Source: Polyangiales bacterium (lineage in GTDB: Bacteria > Myxococcota_A > Polyangia > Polyangiales > Polyangiaceae). Taken from it: DNA of 64,000 bases. The stretch is taken from assembly GCA_038231275.1 (NCBI GenBank), contig JBBRLQ010000013.1:163737-227736 (forward strand), given 5' to 3'. Positions 57,021 to 64,000 of the stretch are shown here, in pieces (positions within the stretch are counted from its first letter, which is position 1; every line of letters begins with the position of its first letter). Under the pieces are notes generated by a model. That model did no database searches. It was not told where the DNA came from and saw only the letters and a program-made list of their open reading frames with translations. The translations under genes were made by a program, and so were the position numbers.

Positions 57021-58061
57021 ATGTCCACCTGCCCCATCTTCGCGAGGAACTTCATTGCCGCGGTCGCTCTCGTCGGCTGCGCGACGACTGTTGCGGCTCC
57101 GAAAGTCGCCCGCGCGGATGGCCCCCCTCCCGCGACCGCCTCCGCTCCGGAACCCCAGGGTACCGACGTGGAGCGTGCGCGCGTGCACTACGATCGCGGG
57201 ATCCAGCTGTACAACGAGGAGAACTACGACGCCGCGCTCTATGAATTCGAACGCGCGTATGAGCAAGCCCCGAGCTACAAGATTCTCTACAATATGGCCC
57301 GAATTCAGCGACAACAGAACAACTACGCTGCATCGTTGTTGAACTTCCGCCGCTACTTGACCGAAGGCGCCGCCAACGTTCCGGAAGACCGCCGCAAGGA
57401 AGTCGAGAAGGACATCGAGCTTCTCAAGCCTCGCGTCGCGACAATCGACATCAAGGTGAACGTGGATGGGGCAGACATCTACCTCGACGACTCTCCGGTC
57501 TGCACTGGCGTGCAAACCGGCTGTGTCGGCAAGTCCCCGCTGCCCGGGCCAGTTACCGTGAACCCCGGCAGGCGAAGAATCACTGCGCAGAAGACGGGTT
57601 ACCAGCCGGCATCGACCACCGTCCGCGTCGTTGGCTCAGACGCGGTCTCCGCCAAGATCGACATGGTCGAGAATGGCAAGACCATCATCCGCGGTACTGA
57701 CTGGCGCCCCGTCGTTGGCTGGACCGTCACCGGCGCCCTGGCAATTAGTGCCGGCGTGACGGGCTACTTGGCCCTCAAGGCCTCGAATGACCTGAAGGAC
57801 CTGGAGAAGACGCGGAATCCCGACCAGGGCGGAACAATCCGTCAGCAGCTCGATGACCAGCACACGAAGATGAAGACGTTCGCGATTGTCACCGATGTCC
57901 TCGGCGCGTGCACCATCGTCGCGGCCGGAGTGTCTGCCTACCTCACGTGGCTGATGCCGAAGGATGTCGCCAGCAAGGACGAGACCAGGCCTCCCGCGCG
58001 TGCCGCCGATGTGAGGTTCACGCTAACGCCGGGAGGCGGCGCGGTAGTAGGTTCCTTCTAA
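57021..58061 (+). CDS. Secreted TPR-PEGA protein (copy 2, paralogue of 40710-41744)
   Basis: TPR and PEGA sequence nearly identical to copy 1; ends GGAVVGSF. Confidence 0.82.
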   Translation: MSTCPIFARNFIAAVALVGCATTVAAPKVARADGPPPATASAPEPQGTDVERARVHYDRGIQLYNEENYDAALYEFERAYEQAPSYKILYNMARIQRQQNNYAASLLNFRRYLTEGAANVPEDRRKEVEKDIELLKPRVATIDIKVNVDGADIYLDDSPVCTGVQTGCVGKSPLPGPVTVNPGRRRITAQKTGYQPASTTVRVVGSDAVSAKIDMVENGKTIIRGTDWRPVVGWTVTGALAISAGVTGYLALKASNDLKDLEKTRNPDQGGTIRQQLDDQHTKMKTFAIVTDVLGACTIVAAGVSAYLTWLMPKDVASKDETRPPARAADVRFTLTPGGGAVVGSF

Positions 58062-59254
58062 ACAGAGTCGCGTAGAGGCGGGATCATAGGAAGCGTGCGA
58101 CGTGGCCGGCGATCAGCTCTGGGTAGGCCTTGAAGGTCTCGAAGGTCGACGTGAGCGCGGCGTCGCGCTCCGCGACGGTGGCGTAAAAGCGGTTGTGGGT
58201 CGTGCTCTTCTTCGTGACCTTCCACACGCCCTCGATGCCGTTGAGCTCGGGCGAGTAGGCGGGAAGTCGGAACAGCTCGAGGCGATGCCGATGCTCGGCG
58301 AGCCATCGTTGTCCGACGGCATCGAGTTGATGGCATGGCCCGTTGTCGATGACGAGGAACACCTTGCGACGCGGGCACCGGCGGACCAACTCCTTGAGGA
58401 AGACGAGGAACGTCTTGCCGTTGAAGACCTTGGCGAATTGGTAGACGAAGTACGGCCGCCGCTCGATCGAGACCGCGCCGTACACGTGCGCCGTCTTGCG
58501 CTCGCCGAACGTGTCGACGCGCGGCTGGACGCCGACGCGCGACCAGGTGACGTGGAGCGTGCCGTCGAGCCAGAAGCTCGACTCGTCCTCGAACATCACG
58601 ACGCCGCGACAGGCCCGCGCTTTTTTTTGATCGCCGGAAGGCGCACGCGCAGCCAAATCTCCTGGGCCTGGGCGTCTGCACGAGCGAGCCGCTTGCGCGG
58701 TCGTTGCACGGAAAACCCGAGCTGGTGCAGCAGGCGCGGCACGTGATGATTGTGGTAGCGAACGGCGAACCGCTGCTCGATGACGTCGCCGATCATCGGC
58801 CCGGTCCACACGCCCGAGCGGTAACCGGCGGCCAGCGGCCCCGCCTCGACGATCGCCGTCAGCTCCGCGCGCTGGTTCTCGGAGAGCCTCGGCGCGGGCC
58901 CGGGCGCCGTGCCCGTCAGCAGACCGTCGACGCCCAACGCCTCGTACCACTGCAGCCATCGATTCACCGAGCCACGCGTCACGTCGAGCTCCGCCGCGAG
59001 CTCCACGACGCGGCGGCCTTCGATGTAGCCGAGCATCGCGCGACCGCGACGCCACGCGTCCAGATCGCCTCGCTCTCTTGCCGCAGCGACGAACTCGCGG
59101 AGCTTCTTCTGCGCACCGGCCGTCCGTCGGCCCGGGCTGATCGCCTCACCTGTCCTCGACCTCGCCATGACCACCCTTCCGAGAGATCGCGGCACCATGA
59201 TCCTCTCGGGATCTCAGGTCAACGGGCTTGGATCGTGCTCCGGGAGATCGTGTT
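58061..59254 (-). mobile_element. IS630-family insertion sequence with TA target duplication
   Basis: TA at 58059-60 and 59255-56; imperfect ends TAAACAGAGTCGCGTAGAG / TAAACACGATCTCCCGGAG; transposase inside. Confidence 0.85.
58084..59168 (-). CDS. IS630 transposase split over two frames (HTH orf + DDE orf), programmed frameshift at A8G
   Basis: orfA VNRWL..Y...G / WTGP / LLHQLGFS; slippery AAAAAAAAG at 58620-58628; orfB FEDES, VIDNGPCH, LPAYSPELNGIE. Confidence 0.88.
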
Positions 59255-59399
59255 TAGTCCTACTTCGCAGGATTGGACTCCCCCCTGGTCCCCGCGATCG
59301 CGTTCGAGCTTGCAACCTGACGAACGGGGCTTCCGTTGCGCGCCGGATCTACTAGCAGGTCCTGCACGAGCCCCGTCATCGACATCGGTCCCCTCGTGA

Positions 59400-59850
59400 C
59401 GCAGACTCAGGCGTGGAAGCCGTCTCAGCCTGTTGCTGCCTGCTGCTCCGCTCGAAGTGGCACGGTCATGTAACCGAGAGCTCGGCCCGCTTCGCGCGCG
59501 GCGGCGTCCTTCGTCGTGATGGCGGCCTCCCAGAATTTGCGCCTCGCATGCGACCAGCAGGCCACCTCTTCGGGAGGTTTGTCGTCCTCGTCGACGCGGG
59601 CGTGGCCCCGAAACAGCGTCGTAGTTGCCAGTGCGCGGCGGCCTGGATGTAGCCCGAGAACCCTCGAAGCATCGCGCAAGACGGGCGTCGCTCGTGTGCT
59701 TCGGCTGGCACTCGAAGGCGATCGGCGAGGACGACGACGAAGTGACCTTTGGCGCACGCCTGCCGTCGTCTACACCGATGGCGTCACTGGAGACCCAGAA
59801 CCCGTATCCTTCGCCTCTCGCGCACGCGTCGCCGATGCATCCCTCTCTTT
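59400..59850 (-). pseudogene. Degraded IS66 TnpC transposase remnant
   Basis: Frameshifted fragments SSDAIGV, KGHFVVVLAD, FECQPKHTS, MLRGFSGYIQA, EVACWSHARRKFWEA. Confidence 0.78.
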
Positions 59851-60040
59851 GGCTATCCGCGCATGATACATTGACTGCCATGGCCAACCGCGACCAAAGA
59901 AAGAGTGAGTCTCTAGGTAGTTGGACGCATCCGGCGCCGTCTGCTGCTCTTAGCTCTTGCCCGAGTTTTTGGGTGGTGTCGGCGGCCAGCCTGGTCCTGT
60001 CGCACAGAAGCGCCCCCGGAAAGGCGCTCGAGAACTCCCG

Positions 60041-63000
60041 ATGAACAAGCCTTCCGCATCAGGCGGCGCCTCCGCTCCAGGTGAAGAAGTGGTCACTCCC
60101 GTCGTTGCCGAAGGGAGAGCCGGGTGCCCGACGTCATTTGCACAAGAGCGCCTGCTGTCTCTGGCCCTGGCCGAACCCAGGAGCGGGCGACTCGCCTCAC
60201 CGGCGGCACTTCGATTTATCGGAAAACTGGACGAAGCCCTCCTGGAGCGGACCCTGAACTACCTTCTCGGTCGCCACGACAGCTTGCGCACGACGTTTGC
60301 GCTTCGCGCTGGCGGGCCGATCCAAGTCGTTCACGAGCACCAGCCGGTGGCGATGTCTCACGTCGATCTCCGCGGTGCGCCCGACGTCGCAGCCAGTCTG
60401 CGGGAAGAAGTCGAACGAGCGATTGCTGAGCCCTTCAACCTCTCAGCAGGGCCCCCGTTGCGCGCGCACCTCTTTCGCGTCGGAGACAGTGAGCATGTCC
60501 TCGTGGTCGCCGTCCACCGCATCCTGATGGACTCGTGGTCTATCGAGATCTTCATTGGAGAGATGGCGGAGGTCTATTCGTCGTTGGTCGAGTCGAAGGC
60601 CGTCGCGCTGCCCGAATTGCCCATCCAATTCGGAGACATTGCAGTCCGGGAACGAAAGCAGCTGCAGGGAGAGAACCTCACCCGACTCCGCGAGTTCTGG
60701 GTCTCGCGACTTCGCGGAGTACCAACGGTACTCGATCTGCCGACCGACCGACCTCGGCCGGAGAGCCCCTCCGGCAGGTCTTGGACGATCCCCGCCGTCA
60801 TTCCGAAGGCCGCGTTCGACAAGGTGACGGCGCTCGCCTGCGAGACGCGCTCCACCCCCTTTTCCCTGCTCTTATCGATCTTCGGCGCAGTCTTGTCGAG
60901 GTACACGGGGCAGAGACATCTGCTGATTGGTACCACCGTGGCCAACCGGCGGCGCGTCGAGTTCGAGGGCGTCATCGGATACATCTCCAACACGATCCCA
61001 TTGCCAATCGATGTATCCGGCGACTCACCATTCACGGAACTCCTGCGGCGGGTTCATGAAATGACGGTCGACGCGTTTGCCCACCAAGAATATCCCTTCG
61101 CGCTCCTCATCAATGATTTACTGCTCCCCCGCGACATCAGCAGGTCGCCGGTGGTTCAAGCGCTCTTCGTCCTGAGAGACTCCTCGAAACAGCGATTGAG
61201 GATGCCTGGACTCACCGTTTCCGAGCTCCCGCTCTCGTGCGGAGCGGAGGGCTTCGACATCGTCGTACAACTGGACCAGGACGGAGAGCACGGATCGTTC
61301 GAAGTCAACTCCGACATTCTCGATGCGAAAGCGGGGCAGCGCCTCTGGACTCACTACTACGGAATGCTCAATACCGTTCTCGACGCACCGACAACCCGAA
61401 TCGGTGACGCGGATTGCATGGCAGCCGAGGAGATCGAGGCTCTCCGGCGCTGGAACGCAACCGCCCTTGCCGGAGGAGAGGTCCCCCTTCACCAGGACTT
61501 CTTCCGGATCGCGGGGGAGTCGCCGGATTTGGTCGCCGCCTTGGCAGGCGACGTTCAACTCACGTACGGCGAACTGGCCAGCCGGGCCTCCCGAGTTGCG
61601 CGCGCGATCCGCGATGCGGGCGCGACCTTGGACCAACCGATCGGGCTCTGTATAGACCGCTCTTTCGACATGCTCGCCGGGCTACTCGGCATCTTGAAGG
61701 CCGGATGCGGTTATGTCCCGCTTGATCCGGCCCACCCGCGTTCTCGGCTCGAGGACATGATTGCGCAGAGCAACCTTTCGCTCGTCGTCACAGAGCCGCG
61801 GAACGTCGCCCTCTTCTCTTCGGTCTCTCACCAGATCATACTCGGTTCAGACCACCCTGGGACGAAACCCGAGAACATGCCGGAGCGGTGGGCCGGTCCG
61901 GACGGCATCGCGTGCATGGAATTTACCTCGGGGTCGACCGGCAGACCGAAGGGAGTCTACCGCACTCACCGCGCAAGCCAAAAATGTGTTCTCTGGCAAA
62001 GGGAGCTCCTTCCCGGGTTTCGTGGTCGAACCGCCCAGTACTCGCCGATCAGTTTTGGCGTCTCCCTCATCGAGATCTTCACGACACTTGGGAGCGGCGG
62101 CGCCTTGGTCCTCATGTCGGAGGAGGAGCACCAGGACATGGGGCGCTTGCTAGCGCTAGTGGGCGACACGGAAGTCGAGCGACTGTTCGTACCGCCGGCG
62201 GCGCTGCACGCGCTCGCGGAGGTGTGGGCTGGGACCAGGCGCCCGCTGCGGCTGAAGCACGTACTCACGGTCGGCGAGCGCCTGAAAATTACCAAGGAGA
62301 TCGTTGCTTTTTTTGATGCACTCCCCGACTGCAAGCTCCACAACTACTACGGGACTTCGGAAACGCACGTTCTTGCCTCGCACACCCTCTCGGGGGCCCC
62401 CTCCACCTGGCCGGCGCTTCCGCCCATCGGCAAGCCGGTTCCCAATGTGCAAACATACGTCCTCGACGAGTCGATGAGGCCCGTGCCCATCGGGGCCGTA
62501 GGAGATCTCTTCGCCGCTGGAGACGGCGTCAGCCGCGGATATTCGGGCCGACCAGACCTCACCGCCGAGCGCTATCCGCCGGACCCGTTTGGCTCCGCTG
62601 GCCGTCGTCTATACGCGACGGGAGACCTGGCGCGCTTCACGAGCGACGGCTCCCTCGAGCATTTGGGGCGGCGCGATCACCAAGTAAAGATTCGTGGCTT
62701 CCGCATCGAGTGCGGAGAGGTCGAGGCGGCCTTGCGACGGGCCTCCTTCGTACGCGACGCGGTCGTGTCGGCCGCGACGAGCCCGACAGGAGACTCGAGG
62801 CTCGTGGCTCATGTCGTTTGCACCGAGAAGGACGAGCTCAGCGCCGTGCGCGAGCTGCAGACCGCGCTGCGAGGCACCCTGCCCGAGTACATGATTCCCG
62901 CGCAGTTCGTCTTCCTGGACGCTTTCCGGCTGACACCAAACGGAAAGCTCGATCGATCCGCGTTGCCCCCAGCTCCCGAACCTTCATCCGGCTCGGCTGT

Positions 63001-63259
63001 CTACCAGGCTCCGCGGAACGAAAATGAACGGGCCCTCGCGCGCATGTTCCGAGATGTCCTTCGCCTCGAACGCGTCGGCGTCAACGACAATTTCTTCGAG
63101 CTTGGTGGCCACTCGCTACTGGCGACTCAGGTAATCTTGAGGGTTCAAGACCAGCTTCACGTAAGCATGAACCTACAAACGCTCTTGGACCACCCCACCG
63201 TTGCCGATCTCTCTCAGCACCTCTTCGATCCTACTGTGCAAGTAATGGGCGAGATCTGA
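60041..63259 (+). CDS. Monomodular NRPS C-A-PCP (atypical C and A motifs, no TE)
   Basis: SFAQERL, RHDSLRTTF, HRILMDSWS, LPTDRPRP; A domain TSGSTGRPKG, YGTSE, YATGDL, KIRGFRIE, TPNGKLDR; PCP LGGHSL. Confidence 0.92.
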   Translation: MNKPSASGGASAPGEEVVTPVVAEGRAGCPTSFAQERLLSLALAEPRSGRLASPAALRFIGKLDEALLERTLNYLLGRHDSLRTTFALRAGGPIQVVHEHQPVAMSHVDLRGAPDVAASLREEVERAIAEPFNLSAGPPLRAHLFRVGDSEHVLVVAVHRILMDSWSIEIFIGEMAEVYSSLVESKAVALPELPIQFGDIAVRERKQLQGENLTRLREFWVSRLRGVPTVLDLPTDRPRPESPSGRSWTIPAVIPKAAFDKVTALACETRSTPFSLLLSIFGAVLSRYTGQRHLLIGTTVANRRRVEFEGVIGYISNTIPLPIDVSGDSPFTELLRRVHEMTVDAFAHQEYPFALLINDLLLPRDISRSPVVQALFVLRDSSKQRLRMPGLTVSELPLSCGAEGFDIVVQLDQDGEHGSFEVNSDILDAKAGQRLWTHYYGMLNTVLDAPTTRIGDADCMAAEEIEALRRWNATALAGGEVPLHQDFFRIAGESPDLVAALAGDVQLTYGELASRASRVARAIRDAGATLDQPIGLCIDRSFDMLAGLLGILKAGCGYVPLDPAHPRSRLEDMIAQSNLSLVVTEPRNVALFSSVSHQIILGSDHPGTKPENMPERWAGPDGIACMEFTSGSTGRPKGVYRTHRASQKCVLWQRELLPGFRGRTAQYSPISFGVSLIEIFTTLGSGGALVLMSEEEHQDMGRLLALVGDTEVERLFVPPAALHALAEVWAGTRRPLRLKHVLTVGERLKITKEIVAFFDALPDCKLHNYYGTSETHVLASHTLSGAPSTWPALPPIGKPVPNVQTYVLDESMRPVPIGAVGDLFAAGDGVSRGYSGRPDLTAERYPPDPFGSAGRRLYATGDLARFTSDGSLEHLGRRDHQVKIRGFRIECGEVEAALRRASFVRDAVVSAATSPTGDSRLVAHVVCTEKDELSAVRELQTALRGTLPEYMIPAQFVFLDAFRLTPNGKLDRSALPPAPEPSSGSAVYQAPRNENERALARMFRDVLRLERVGVNDNFFELGGHSLLATQVILRVQDQLHVSMNLQTLLDHPTVADLSQHLFDPTVQVMGEI

Positions 63260-63278
63260 TACCGGGCGGGCGCGGACT

Positions 63279-63707
63279 TGACCTGACCCCCGAAAATTGG
63301 CCCACCGATTCTGTCGCTTATAGAAGGAGTGACCTGCTCCCGAATCTCGGGCCATCTGGATCACGAAATTTGCTTCTTCGAATTCCTCTCTGACTGCCAC
63401 TGAAGGAGGTACTCCCGCGGTGAGATATTGCCAAGAGCAGAGTGCGGTCTCCGGGTGTTGTAGTCCCGCTTCCATCCCTGGATCTTCTTCCTCGCGTCTT
63501 CGAGGTCATCGAAGATCTCGACGTTGAGGCACTCGTCGCGAAAGCGCCCTTGAAAGGATTCAACGAAGCCATTCTCCGTGGGTCTGCCCGGCGTTGTGAA
63601 ATCGAGCTTTACGCCACGCTCAAAGGCCCACGCGTCGAGGGCCTTCGAGGTGAACTCGGTGCCGTTGTCGGCGGTGATCACGCTCGGCAGCTTGCCCTTC
63701 GCTGCCT
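63279..63707 (-). mobile_element. IS3-family element right end and truncated integrase-core ORF
   Basis: End TGACCTGACCCCCGAAAATTGGCCCA; ORF DNGTEFTS...PGRPTENGFVESFQGRFRDECLN...YNTRRPHSALG (stop at 63361). Confidence 0.85.
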
Positions 63708-64000
63708 TGTTGCGCGCGTCGCCGGATGCCGATCGGACAAAACGGCGCATCGCGATCAGACAAAACGGCGGATGCCGATCGGACAAACCGGCGCATCGCG
63801 ATCACCCCCTGAGGTGACGCGCTCCCGGGGTCTCGCGCCCACACCGCCTAGAAAGCGGGATGGCGACCGAGAGACTCCTGATGCTGCATCTCCGCGAGAT
63901 CCTGAGACAGAAGCTGGCGCTTGGCCGCAGCCACCGCGACGTGGCGCGGTCGGTCGGCGTGAGCCCGAGCACGGTGGCGAGCGCGTTCGCCGACGCGAGG
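63708..64000 (+). mobile_element. IS21-family element left end, inserted into the IS3 transposase
   Basis: Starts TGTTGCG, followed by about four 23-bp repeats (63723-63805) and an IstA-like N-terminus. Confidence 0.78.
63860..64000 (+). CDS. istA: IS21 transposase IstA N-terminus (truncated by window edge)
   Basis: Manual translation MATERLLMLHLREILRQKLALGRSHRDVARSVGVSPSTVAS (helix-turn-helix). Confidence 0.75.
   Translation, partial: MATERLLMLHLREILRQKLALGRSHRDVARSVGVSPSTVASAFADAR

Noticed and set aside
58084..59168. IS630 transposase as a frameshift pseudogene
   Set aside because: The break is at a canonical A8G slippery site with intact DDE motifs and ends.
63723..63805. 23-bp repeats as a possible CRISPR array
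   Set aside because: No unique spacers and no cas genes; position matches IS21 terminal repeats.

Overview
High-GC bacterial DNA. The gene content points to Myxococcota, probably Polyangiales/Sorangiineae (inferred from the many Hanks-type Ser/Thr kinases, TPR-PEGA proteins and Cys-rich lipoproteins with low-complexity linkers). Positions 0.6-40 kb are mostly core-like: tRNA-Glu(TTC), rpsT, yacG, a FadF-like Fe-S oxidoreductase, two histidine kinases, M3 and S9 peptidases, a NUDIX hydrolase, a beta-carbonic anhydrase, an ECF sigma factor, three Ser/Thr kinases and many lipoproteins. The left edge, downstream of the tRNA 3' end, holds a Zn-ribbon + DUF4145/HEPN-like gene missing from the ORF track. 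From about 40.2 kb to the end the sequence is visibly less GC-rich (judged by eye) and looks like an accessory island. It carries a self-contained FAAL-ACP-KS-AT-DH-KR-ACP-TE PKS with an atypical FAAL, translationally coupled to an MHS-type MFS transporter. It also carries an orphan solute-binding lipoprotein, a family III CoA-transferase, a C-A-PCP NRPS with an HRxxxD C-domain and an A-domain lacking Asp235, and two near-identical TPR-PEGA genes. Mobile elements in the island are an intact frameshifting IS630 inserted in a stop codon, IS66 and IS3 remnants, and an IS21 end nested in an IS3. Best candidates for an undescribed system: (i) this unusual PKS/NRPS island; (ii) a kinase / TPR-PEGA / lipoprotein trans-envelope module marked by a shared C-terminal DPW/KPY peptide. 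All calls come from motif recognition; no database searches were run.
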